NCBI RefSeq assembly: GCF_001194135.2
Contig: NC_068989.1
Span: forward strand, 88,582,554-88,646,553
DNA length: 64,000 nt
Reading direction: 5' to 3'
Source of the DNA: Octopus bimaculoides
Taxonomy: Eukaryota
Positions within the stretch are counted from its first letter, which is position 1; every line of letters starts with the position of its first letter. The notes below the pieces were generated by a model. That model was given only the letters and a program-made list of their open reading frames with translations. It ran no database searches and had not been told where the DNA came from. Shown here in pieces: positions 52,270-64,000 of the stretch. The position numbers were made by a program, and so were the translations under genes.

Positions 52270-52600
52270 TTTTCTCTTTTACTTGTTTCAGCCATTTTAC
52301 TGAATTTTAGTCAACTGAATTAAACCCTGTACTTTTTTTAAACCTGGTACCCACTGTATCACTTTCTTTTGCTGAACCACTAAGTTATGGGGATGTAAAC
52401 ACACCAACACCTGTTGTCAAGTGCTGGTGGGGGATAGACACACACACACACACACACATACACACACATGTAGGACAGGTTTCTTTGAGTTTCTGTCTAC
52501 CAAATAGACTCGCAAGAAGACACTTGCCCAACGTGCCATGCAATGGGACTGAACCCTGAACCATGTAGTTGGGAAGCAAGCACATTACCACACAGCCGCA
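52270..52600 (-). mobile_element. SINE family A copy
   Basis: Reverse match with internal deletions. Confidence 0.75.
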
Positions 52601-53002
52601 ACTCTGTGTGTGTGTTAAGGCACATGGGTTTTGATGTTGTTCATTCCATGGCCTTGCTTTTTACTGAGCAAAATGATAATATAATGACATTACTTTAACA
52701 TTACAACCAACATGTGTGTGTGTGTATGTATAAAATATGTATGTAAGTTTGTATGTATGTAGAATGCCTTTCCTAATGTCATCCATTTTACTCTGAACAT
52801 GCTGTTATGTGTGTGTGTGTATGGGAGGGGAGTTAGGAAGCACTTTTAGCTGTAGAGACCATGCAAAAACTGATGCCCTGGTGCAAGAAGTGATCCTGCA
52901 GCCTGTTGAACCAGTGCCAGCATAGAAAGTGGGAGAAAAATTAATGTTAGTGATGAGGATGGTGTGTGTATTAGCCCGCCTTCCACAACTTGCTTATATA
53001 TT

Positions 53003-53390
53003 ACTCGTTTACTTGTTTCAGTCATTTTGACTGCGGCCATGCTGGGGCACCACATTTAGTTGACCAAATCGACCCCAGGACTTATTCTTTGTAAGCCTAG
53101 TACTTATTCTATCAGTGTCTTTTGCCGAACCGCTAAGTTACAGTGACGTAAACACACCAGCATCGGTTGTCAAGCGATGTTGGGGGGACAAACAGACACA
53201 CATACATACATATATATATACATATATACGACGGGCTTCTTTCAGTTTCTGTCTACCAAATCCACTCACAAGGCTTTGGTCGGCCTGAGGCTATAGTAGA
53301 AGACACTTGACCAAGGTACTATGCAGTGGGACTGAACCCAGAACCATGTGGTTGGTAAGCAAGCTACTTAGCACACAGCCACTCCTACGC
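53003..53390 (-). mobile_element. SINE family A copy
   Basis: Full reverse match. Confidence 0.85.
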
Positions 53391-54194
53391 CTATTCTACA
53401 GATTCTCACTTCAATATCTTCAATATCCTTGTTTTCTTCATCCTCAAGTATTTCAAAATTATTTTCTTCCCCAACTGCCACACTTTCTGCTCATATTCAC
53501 TGTTATAATGTAGGACGTCATTGGATTTGACTTTCACAGCCTATCCTATTCAATATTTTGTTCTCTCTCTCCTCCCACCCTCTCACTGGTAAAAATGAAA
53601 TAAAGATCCTTCCCAAGTCATATAGACTCACGGGGCCAGTTTCTAACGTCCGTTTTTTACATGCTGGCATGGGTTGCACATTTTGACTGAGAGCTGGCAA
53701 GCCAGAAGGCTGCGCCAGGCTCCAATCCAACCTGGCAGTGTTTCTACAGCTGGATGCCCTTCCTAACACCAACCACTCCGAGTAGTGGGTGCTTTTTACG
53801 TACTACCGACACAAGGGCCAGTCTGGCAATACTGGCATTGGCCATGCTTGAATGGTGCTTTTTATGTGCCACCTGCACGGGACCAGTCAGCCGGCATATA
53901 TGATATCCCCTCCACCCCCTGGACAGTACAATTTCTTCTTTAAGCCTGATACTTATTCTATCAGTCTTTTTGCCAAACCACTAAGTTACGGAGACATAAA
54001 AACACCAACACCAGTTGCTAAGCAGTGGTGAGTGTTTTTTTGCAGGAGTTGAACAGATTAATTATATTTTAGTTAATTTCAATGGGGAAAATTGATATGT
54101 AAAACAAACAAATCATATGATGAGCTCGGTCATGGAATGAATTAAACTCGTACTGTGAGGTATGTATATACACACATACATACATGTGTATGTA

Positions 54195-54235
<41 letters not shown>

Positions 54236-54260
54236 ATATATATATANNNNNNNNNNTGTA

Positions 54261-54337
<77 letters not shown>

Positions 54338-54904
54338 CAGGTTTCTTTCAGTCTGTTGTCTACCAAATCCACTCACAAAGCTTTGGTTGGCCCAAGGCTA
54401 TTGTAGAAGACAACTTGCCAAGGTGCCACACAGTGGGACTGAACCTGGAACCTTGTGGTTGGGAAGCATTATCATCCAATGACCTGTGCCTTTCAGATGA
54501 TGATGTGTATGCATATATTTGTGTATGTATGCTACTTTCAATTCAAACAAAAACCTGATGGCATTTTTAATAAATTCATGATGAAATTGTCATTCTCAAC
54601 AACAATTTCCCCAGCTGGTAACCTTGACGATCTCTAAAATCAACAAGCACATTGAATCCACTCCTAATTCCAAACAAAACACAGTCACACTTATCTACAA
54701 AGTTATGAAAACTTAAACATAGATAAAACAAAATCCCCACTACTCAATCTGTGACTAGTGACCCTAGGAATAAAAGTAGGTGCGGTGACCTAACATCCTT
54801 GACCTCGTAATCTAAAATTAAATGTATAGAGAAAACTAGTTCTAACTTGAGACAAAGTGAAACTAACCATTCAAAGAATAACAGATGGAATGATATACAA
54901 ACAG

Positions 54905-55280
54905 GCATATACATGACTGTGTGGTAAGAAGCCTGCTTCCAAAGCATATGGTTCTGGGTTCAGTCCTTCTCGGTGGCACCTTGGGCAAGTGTTCTCTACT
55001 CTAACCTCAGGCTGACCAAAGCCTTCTGAGTGGATTTGGTAGAGAGAAACTGAAAGAAGCCTTGCATGTGTTGTGTGTCTTTGTGTCTGTGTTTGCTCAC
55101 CACCACTGCTTGACAAGTGGTGTTGGTGTGTTTATGGCCCTGTAACTTAGCTGTTCGGCAAAAGAGACCAATAGAATAAGTACCAAGCTGGAAAAGAAAT
55201 GATAAGTAGTTGGGTCGATTTATTTGACTAAAAATTCCTCAAAGCAGTGCTCCAGCATTGCCATAGCCTGATGACTGAAG
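54905..55280 (+). mobile_element. SINE family A copy. Further partial copies at about 7165-7305, 21530-21700, 45245-45320, 53940-54470, 62490-62650, 63420-63610
   Basis: Collinear with family A. Confidence 0.8.
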
Positions 55281-55653
55281 CAAATTAAAGAAAAAAGAAA
55301 AAACAAGTATTAGAAGTATTAACATGGAACCTTCTTGTGTCACAGGATTTCCTACCCCCTCCTACAAGATGAATAACAAAATACGCTTATGCATGCACAC
55401 ACAGACATATTTAATTTAGAATCGAAGCTGGTCATGAAGAATGTAGCAAGCCTCATTTGATTAAATCAAAACAGTTCATGGATTTTGTGGATATCTGAGT
55501 TGTTTGGTGTGTTTGTGTGTGTGTGGGTATGCATGTCTCTTTCGTACACAGATGTTTGTGCTTCATTACTGCTTGTGTATGTGTGTGTTCCATACATACA
55601 GATGTGTGTTTCCAACTCAAGACCCTCTGATAGAGAATCCTTTGTTACATTTT

Positions 55654-55695
55654 GCACTCTCCAAATACAACTAATCAGTTGTATTTGGAGAGTGC
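55654..55695. repeat. Perfect 19-bp inverted repeat with a 4-nt loop
   Basis: GCACTCTCCAAATACAACT-AATC-AGTTGTATTTGGAGAGTGC. Confidence 0.97.
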
Positions 55696-56559
55696 TTTGT
55701 TCTTTTTGGGAGAAGCCCAGCATTTCTAGGCTTTTATGCAAATCTATTTTTACATAGTCCAGAACACCTGAGACACTGGCTACAAACAAATGTCTATAGC
55801 CTGGATATAAGAGCTGTAAGTTTCTCATTAGTTCTTCATTTACTCATTTTTAGACAAAACATTCATATCTGCCTCCAAATATCACTGTTGATATGGAAGT
55901 TACCAGCAGTTGTATTGTAGATGTGGAATCACCAGTAGTTGTTAGTATGTATGTATGAATTGATAATTTTTATCATTTTATGTTTGTTTTTCCAAGCTGG
56001 CATGGGTTAGATGGCTGAACAGAATCTATTGAGTTAGAGGACAATATCTTCTTCCAATGTCTCACTTTTGACTTGGTTCCTGCAGCTGGATGCCTTACGT
56101 CACTACAGATGTTTTACAGTGCCTGGGTGCATTTTTTTGTGGCAGCTGCACTATACAGATGACCTTGCTGTGTGCAATATTAACAGCACTCTTTAGCTGT
56201 GTGTTGTCACTGCTTGACAGCATATAGGAAAGCATTCAGGAGACACTTTAGGGTGCCTTTCTATATACATTGTCAAGAAGTAATTTTCATGGCACCAGCA
56301 CTGGCCGGGGTTGTCCATATGATGGGTTTGAACAGGTTTATTGTTGTATCTCTGTATATATATAACTCTTTGAAATGCTTAGTTTTAGAATGGTGGCAGC
56401 TGATGAAGGAAATGTTCTCTATGTGGCCTGTGTGTTTTCTGTACTCTCTTTATCATTTTGTCCACGTTTTTTTGCAACGTCCTGTACCCAGATATGCATG
56501 TAGATGGAGGTATGTACATACATGTACGTATATATGCATATACTCACATATTATTTGTG

Positions 56560-56598
<39 letters not shown>

Positions 56599-57445
56599 TG
56601 AATGTGTATGTATGTGTACCTATGTATATAATAATAGTTTCAAATGTTGGCACGTGCATATATATGTGTACATAGATGTTTGTGGGTCTGTATCTGGCAC
56701 TCCCTCACACAAACATACTACTCATAACCCTTACACATAAAGACATACACGTACACACATACATGTGCACATACAGATATACACAAAGAAAATATATACA
56801 TACAGGCTATGTACACATGTAACCCCTCATACACACTGACACATACACACATTTATGCGCTTACCCATGACCATTCACTAATCAATAAGCACTCTCTTGG
56901 AATATTCAATGCAGAGGCTGCTGTTCCATGGTGCCGTGGGATGCTATCGAATTGGTTCCTGAAATGAAGAGGGAACAAAGCCTTGTTTTTTGCAAGAGCA
57001 TCCTCATCATCGTTCATTGTCTGTTTTTATGTTGGCATTGTTTGGACAGTTTGACAACATCCAATGAACTGGAGGATAGCATTACACTCCAGTATCTGCT
57101 TTGGCATGCTTCCTGTGGTTGGATGTCCTTACTAACACCAACCACTTTACAGTGTGCACTGGGTGCTTTTTTTCACAACACTGGCACTAGTGAGGCCACC
57201 ACGTAAGTCACAAGACAAGACCACTTGCTGAGTGGAAGGTCTTGTAGGGAATGAGGTAGCTTTATGACAGAAGAACAGAAACAGGTATCCTGCAGTAGAG
57301 GTGATACTCACCTTGTATCTTTAGGACCCAGTCTGAGCCCCTTATCACCACTATTTTTTCTCTTTCCCAGTTCCAGCCCACTCATTCCCCACTCCTCTCT
57401 TCTGTAGTGTGAGTAGCTGTGTAGTTGCCCTACAGCAAGTAACTT

Positions 57446-57580
57446 ATTTACATTTGATGGATATTTGTCCTCATCTTGTTTGTTGCTAACACAACGTTTC
57501 GGCTGATATATCCTCCAGCCTTCATCAGGTGTCTTGGGGAAATTTCAAACCTGGGTTCTCATTCCTAAGGTATTTTTCGA

Positions 57581-57627
<47 letters not shown>

Positions 57628-57707
57628 TCACTGTCTAGAATCGAACTCAGAATCTTGGGGTTAGTAGCCCACGCCTTTAACCACTACGCCATATATAGAA
57701 CTGTATT
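57446..57707 (-). mobile_element. tRNA-headed SINE with internal (AAT)n and a hammerhead-containing tail
   Basis: A box TGGCGTAGTGG and B box GAGTTCGATTC. A 12-bp direct repeat AGCAAGTAACTT lies at 57434-57445 and 57708-57719 (TSD). Confidence 0.85.
57488..57533 (-). ncRNA. Minimal (Penelope-type) hammerhead ribozyme motif
   Basis: Minus strand reads GACAC-CUGAUGA-A-GGCUG(GAGGAUAUAU)CAGCC-GAAA-CG-U-U-GUGUU. Stem I is ACAC/GUGU, stem II is 5 perfect bp, the core is intact, and stem III is the palindrome AACGUU. Confidence 0.7.
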
Positions 57708-58242
57708 AGCAAGTAACTTGTTCTGACTTCCTCCATCCTCTCTCACTTCAGTTCCTCACCTTGTGGCACAAAACTACCCCACTTCTTTATTGTAGGATTA
57801 CTTGGTCAAAGCAGATCTTACTCTTGCAGGCTACATAGCAACCTATCTAGTGCTGATGCCAAGGAAAATGCATCCACAGTACATGCTGAAAAGTGGTTGG
57901 AATTAACTAAGAGCATTCATCCATAGAAACCATGGCAATGAGGATATTGGAGCGTGATGCAGATTTTGGACCTGTTGGATCCAGTCAAACTGTCCAATCT
58001 ATGCAAGCATAATATAGATGTTAAATGATGATATGTGTGTGTATGTAATACATGTGTGCATGTATGTATATCACCATTGCCATGATGTCCACTTTTCCAT
58101 GCTTGCATGGGTCAGATGAAGGTTTTTCAGGCATTTTTTTCTATGGCTGGTTGCACTTCCTGTTGCAAATTCTCACCTGTTTCCAAGCAAGGTAACATTT
58201 CCTTAGGTTCACTCATGGTCATTTGTGACCAGAGTTGAGAGA

Positions 58243-58280
<38 letters not shown>

Positions 58281-58563
58281 AAAGACACATGTATATATGT
58301 CTGTATGTGTGTATGTATTTTGGCAGCATTGTCTTGACATCACATGATAATTGTAAATGAGTGCCACCATCATACAAGTGGTGTTATTCATTTTCAATAT
58401 TCTGTGAAAATGCGTAAGTTGAGCTTACTTGGAAACAAGTAAGGGTTGGTGACAGAAAGAACGTCTGATCACAGAAAATCTACTTCAATGAATTCCATCA
58501 GATCCATTTAAGCAGAGAAAAGTGAACACCAAACAGCAAAGAAATGCAGGACTGTATTTATAC

Positions 58564-58608
<45 letters not shown>

Positions 58609-58921
58609 CACGCATACACACACACGTTTAATGTTTAACAAGGGTTATTTACTCCACATACAATTGATCTATCCCTAAACATCTCATTATCAGATTATCT
58701 CATTAAAGGAGGATAAAATGAGTGGTANNNNNNNNNNNNNNNNNNNNNNNNNNNNNNNNNNNNNNNNNNNNNNNNNNNNNNNNNNNNNNNNNNNNNNNNN
58801 NNNNNNNNNNNNNNNNNNNNNNNNNNNNNNNNNNNNNNNNNNNNNNNNNNNNNNNNNNNNNNNNNNNNNNNNNNNNNNNNNNNNNNNNNNNNNNNNNNNN
58901 NNNNNNNNNNNNNNNNNNNNN

Positions 58922-59100
58922 TGAGTGCATTTTGTAGTGGTGTAACATATCTTAGTGGATGTGGTGAGGGTGGTGACAGTGGTGATGGTGATGGTAATTG
59001 AGCTATAAGTTGGGTTAGTGGTGGTGGTGGTGGTGGTGGTGGTGGTAGTGATGTCGGTTGTGATGGTGGTGGTGTTGGTTTTATTTGTGGTGGTCATGGC
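58922..59100. repeat. Degenerate (GTG/GGT)n trinucleotide tract next to a gap
   Basis: Read directly. Confidence 0.9.
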
Positions 59101-59654
59101 AGAGCCAGCACAGGTGCTACATATGTGGTACTGGTATGGGTGCTTTTTTGTATTTAAACAAGTGTATATGAATGACCATCAGCGCTTAGAAAATGAGAAA
59201 ATATCTAAAGCAGGTATGGTTAGCCTTTTGCAAGCAGGTTACTTTTCGCTGGCTCATCATTATCATTTAGGGTAATCTTTTGTTAGGCTTGCCATTCAGA
59301 AGAGCTGCCCATAACTGAATCTAGATTCTAGATAAAAAAAAAAGAAAGAAACAGGGATTGTAATGGCCATTGTGATGTAAAGAAATGGCATGGTAAGGTT
59401 GTAAGTCTGTCAACGATAAACAAACTGTTAGAATACAGCCAACATATACAGATATATAGTCACCTTACATATGCAGAAAAATATATGTGTGTGTTTATAT
59501 ATATACACACACTTACATACATACTCACACACCCTTAAATCACGTTTTTTCTATTTACATTGTTTTCTTGTACCTTCATTTCATCCTTTCCCTTTTTGCT
59601 CAAAGAACAGCCATGTTGTATATTTGAGTCTGTGAAATGTATGGAAGCAGACAT

Positions 59655-59887
59655 CTTATTTCTTTATTGCCCGCAAGGGGCTAAACATAGAGGGGACAAA
59701 CAAGGACAGACAAAGGGATTAAGTCAATTACATTGACCCCAGTGCGTAACTGGTACTTAAGTTATTGACCCCGAAAGGATGAAAGGCAAAGTCAACCTCA
59801 GCTAGATTTGAACTCAGAACGTAACGGCAGACGAAATACAGCTTAGCATTTCGCCCAGCGTGCTAACGATTCTGCCAACTCGCCATC
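59655..59887 (-). mobile_element. SINE family B, alternative-tail subfamily (second copy)
   Basis: Closely matches 6927-7161. TSD TGGAAGCAGACAT at 59642-59654 and 59888-59900. Confidence 0.9.
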
Positions 59888-59987
59888 TGGAAGCAGACAT
59901 TTTAGTATACAAACTTCTCTGACCATTGTGTTTTCACAGCATGAAACTGATAGCTAATACATAAATCCTGTGTATATTAAATGACTG

Positions 59988-60020
<33 letters not shown>

Positions 60021-60042
60021 ATATATAACTATTTATATTAAG

Positions 60043-60078
<36 letters not shown>

Positions 60079-61419
60079 TATTAATATTAATAGTAGTGTT
60101 TAGTTTGTGTTTAGCATGGTCTTTAGATTCAGAGGAAGCTAGATCCATTATTCTTTCATAAAAGAATAAATGTTCTAAGAATTGTCATTTTAATTGATAA
60201 TTATCTCATTTTGTTTGTTTGGAAGTTGTGTGTCTGAAAGTAAAATTTGAATTGCTTCCTGGTCACATATCTGACATGTCTTTCATTCTATCATGTATAG
60301 GGCTGATTATTTTACTGCTGTATTTTGTAAAGTGTAGTGAGTGTTTAAATCTTTAAGTCGCTAGTTGTAGTCAGCCAATGATGTTAAATTAGGTCAATTT
60401 AGAACTTTTGAAGGAGTGCACTTGCATATAAAAGTGCTTCTTGAAATTCTTGGCTGTAGATCCAATGTATTCTCTAGTATATGCCATGTAATTACTCAAC
60501 ATTTGTATACAATGTTTTTGGAAAGACAGTTTCTGTTAATGGGCCATCATAGATATTTTTTAAATTACAGGTTTTGGTACTGGGTGCTCCTGCAGTAATA
60601 GCATCGAACATGTTAGTAGCTGAGATCTGGTCAAAGGTGGATATGGATGGCTTTTCGCTGCAGAAATGTTCATGGGAAGTGCTAAAGTATGAGTTTTGTG
60701 TGAGCGACTAATCGACTGGCTAACATTAGTTAGATTCTGTTGGCCATCATATAGGGATTGATGTCCATCAAGGGATGTGTCATACTGTGAGTCAGGAACA
60801 GTAGTATTTAGTGATAGGTTATTATGTATTGTTTAATTGAAGCTTATTAGTCCCAGTGATGGCATAGGTAAGGATTGGAGTTGCAGAGTGAAATAGCTTA
60901 ACTGTTTGCTTATTAAAAATTTGGTGTGAAGTTAGTGTTTAGAATAGAGAAGAATATTTCAGGTATATGAGTTTTTACCTGGAGATTATGTGGAATGTTA
61001 TACCAGGTAACTTTTCTTTTTATATTTTTTCCTAGTGTGAGTATTGCTGGCCATGTAGGTACCATTATTACTAATACAGTCTCTTGTGTCTGAGAGTTTA
61101 TTAGTTTTTATCATAGAGTTTCAGAATTTAGAGTTATCCACATCACTAGAAGAGGTTCTTGTGTGTCTAGGTGCAGAATATTTTCATGTTGATTTATTTG
61201 TGTTTACATAGTGTGAACCTAAGTGTGATTATTTGGCCTTAGGTTAAGTATGTAGGTAATGCACTAATAGTATAATGTATTACTAATGATATTATATATT
61301 TTTGTTAGAGATGCTTCGTTAAAAGCCTCATTGTAATAGAAGGCTGTTGTTAAAGTATGTGCGTGTGTGTGTACATGTATATGCATATATGTGTGTATGT
61401 ATGCATATATATATATTTG

Positions 61420-61778
61420 TATCGTTGTGGCACTCCATCGGTTATGATGAAGAGGGTTCCAGTTGATACAATCAACGTGTCAGTGGCTGAGCACTTCACA
61501 GATACATGTACCCTTGACGTAGTTCTCAGGGTGATTCAGTGTGACAGTGTGTGACAGGCCTTTTCAAATACAGGTACAACAGAAACAGGAAGAAAGAGTG
61601 AGAGAAAGTTGTAGTGAAAAAGTATAGCAGGGTTCGCCACCACCACCTTCTGCCGGAGCCTTGTGGAGCTTTAGGTGTTTTCACTCAATAAACACTCACA
61701 GCACCCGGTCTGGGAATCAAAACTGCGATCCCACGACTGTGAGTCCGCTGCCCTAACCACTGGGCCATTGCGCCTCCA
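61420..61778 (-). mobile_element. tRNA-derived SINE, family E
   Basis: A box TGGCCCAGTGG. The 5' half is shared with 7495-7770 and the 3' half with 44265-44512. Confidence 0.75.
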
Positions 61779-62647
61779 CATATATGTATGTGCGTGTGTA
61801 CTTGTAAGTGCATGTGTAAGTATATGTATATGTAGAAATATCTGTAAATATATACATACATTTAAGTATAGATGTATATTGTGCTGTACGCATATGTTTA
61901 TCTTTAAATATGTTCTCTTCCAAATGCAAGGTCATGGCCCATTTATCTGTTTTCAATACTTCATTTCTAAGTCACTTACAGAATTGGTATTCATCCAGAG
62001 CTGACCATCCAACCCACACCCTTTCCTGTATTGTCTTTGTTTGCCGTTATTCCTTTTCTTCCTCCTCTCCTTCTATTTCCCCATTCTCTTTCTGTTCTCT
62101 TTGTTTCTCCTTTTACACTTTTATATTGTTTTTCACTATTTAAATTTTTATTTCATATACATCCATACATACATACATACATATATATATATTCTTTTAC
62201 ATCCCTATTCCTCTTGTTTTTCTCTATCTCTGTCCCTTTCATTTGCTCTCTATCTCTTTCCATTTCAACATACTTATAAATAATCTTGCCATGTCCTTAA
62301 CTAACAAACTTTTGATTTGTATCAGCATAATATAATAGTGTTGTTTCCTCTGAAGAACTGTTGTCGATCAGCATCCAAATATACTATGAAGACTCACAGC
62401 AGAGGATGCAACTAGCCACATTGGCAAATGTCCATTGAGAGCAAATGATAAAAACTACACCTTGTGTTTATCATACTTTTCCATATATAGGCACAGGCTT
62501 GGCTGTGTGGTAAGAAGCTTGCTTCCCAACTATATGGTTCCGGGTTCAGTCCCACTGCATGGCACCTTGGGCAAGTGTCTTCTATAGCTTTGGGCTAACC
62601 AAAGCCTTGTGAGTGGATTTGGTAGGCGGAAACTGAAAGAAGCCTGT

Positions 62648-62692
<45 letters not shown>

Positions 62693-63379
62693 NNNNNNNN
62701 NNNNNNNNNNNNNNNNNNNNNNNNNNNNNNNNNNNNNNNNNNNNNNNNNNNNNNNNNNNNNNNNNNNNNNNNNNNNNNNNNNNNNNNNNNNNNNNNNNNN
62801 NNNNNNNNNNNNNNNNNNNNNNNNNNNNNNNNNNNNNNNNNNNNNNNNNNNNNNNNNNNNNNNNNNNNNNNNNNNNNNNNNNNNNNNNNNNNNNNNNNNN
62901 NNNNNNNNNNNNNNNNNNNNNNNNNNNNNNNNNNNNNNNNNNNNNNNNNNNNNNNNNNNNNNNNNNNNNNNNNNNNNNNNNNNNNNNNNNNNNNNNNNNN
63001 NNNNNNNNNNNNNNNNNNNNNNNNNNNNNNNNNNNNNNNNNNNNNNNNNNNNNNNNNNNNNNNNNNNNNNNNNNNNNNNNNNNNNNNNNNNNNNNNNNNN
63101 NNNNNNNNNNNNNNNNNNNNNNNNNNNNNNNNNNNNNNNNNNNNNNNNNNNNNNNNNNNNNNNNNNNNNNNNNNNNNNNNNNNNNNNNNNNNNNNNNNNN
63201 NNNNNNNNNNNNNNNNNNNNNNNNNNNNNNNNNNNNNNNNNNNNNNNNNNNNNNNNNNNNNNNNNNNNNNNNNNNNNNNNNNNNNNNNNNNNNNNNNNNN
63301 NNNNNNNNNNNNNNNNNNNNNNNNNNNNNNNNNNNNNNNNNNNNNNNNNNNNNNNNNNNNNNNNNNNNNNNNNNNNNNN

Positions 63380-63420
<41 letters not shown>

Positions 63421-64000
63421 CACTGGTGTGGCTGTGTCATTAAGAAGCTTGCTTTGCAGCATCCTGGTTTCGGGGTCAGATCCACTGTATGGAACATTGG
63501 GCAAGTGTCTTCTACCAATGCCTTGTAAATGGAATTTGAATGATGGGAACCTGCAAGGAAGCCAGTCATATAGATATGTGTTGCTTGTTGTATTTATCCC
63601 CATCCTACTACTTCACAACTTTCTCCAACCAGTTCTCATTCTAGCATATACATTCAGTAATGCCCTTCCACTACTAATTAGGTCTCCTAGGTAACAGAAA
63701 GGGCTTTTCAGAAAATTTGTTTCCATGTTTATTGCTCCCTACACATCTGCCACAAACAAGGCCTGTTCTCTTTGTTAACCTTCCTGTGATTTCACAGCTT
63801 CTCTTCTGTGTTCACAGTTTACACTGAGAACACTGAATGGCTTTCTTGCTGACACCTTTTCTACATATTGAACACAGCCATTTACTTGAAGGGATTAATG
63901 TCCTGTCTGTGTTCCTGCTAAAACTTTGCTAAGTTAAGACCCTTTGATTCCAGGTTCTGCTACACACAGAATTTCATTCTGTTATTCAAGTTTCAGCTAT

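Noticed and set aside
54557-54635. Second possible antisense exon (RSSRLPAGEIVVENDNFIMNLLKMPS)
   Set aside because: The donor is weak (GTTTTT), its phase is incompatible with the 51317 candidate, and I see no known motif.
55466-55828. 120-aa minus-strand ORF overlapped by a 90-aa plus-strand ORF
   Set aside because: The shared peptide comes from the perfect hairpin. The rest runs into TG/CA repeats and has no family motif.
57301-57320. Strong minus-strand donor AAG|GTGAGT
   Set aside because: It lies in a degenerate repeat extension also seen at about 8520-8640, and there is no matching coding exon.

Overview
AT-rich, repeat-dense animal genomic DNA with nine N gaps. The repeat repertoire points to an octopus (inference, not database-verified). 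Two genes sit head to head. On the minus strand is a complete inositol polyphosphate 1-phosphatase (INPP1), rebuilt by hand as six GT-AG coding exons: 18216-18425, 16357-16474, 14181-14327, 7899-8067, 6327-6681 and 4863-5006 (1143 nt, 380 aa). On the plus strand is the first coding exon of a CDK12/CDK13-family kinase (30301-31328). I found no recognisable exon 2 in the remaining ~32 kb. The rest is mostly mobile DNA: several tRNA-headed SINE families with interchangeable tails, about 30 3' ends of an RTE-clade LINE, R4/Dong-type LINE ends in (AAT)n runs, Penelope fragments, a fossil piggyBac transposase, and piggyBac and hAT MITEs. The strongest novelty candidate is a TSD-flanked, tRNA-headed SINE at 57446-57707 whose tail folds into a Penelope-type minimal hammerhead ribozyme. 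The second is a Tyr-anchored heptad array (Y-x-D/E-x-P-R/K-A) in the CDK12/13 N-terminus. Repeat boundaries are by eye and approximate unless a TSD or TIR is given.
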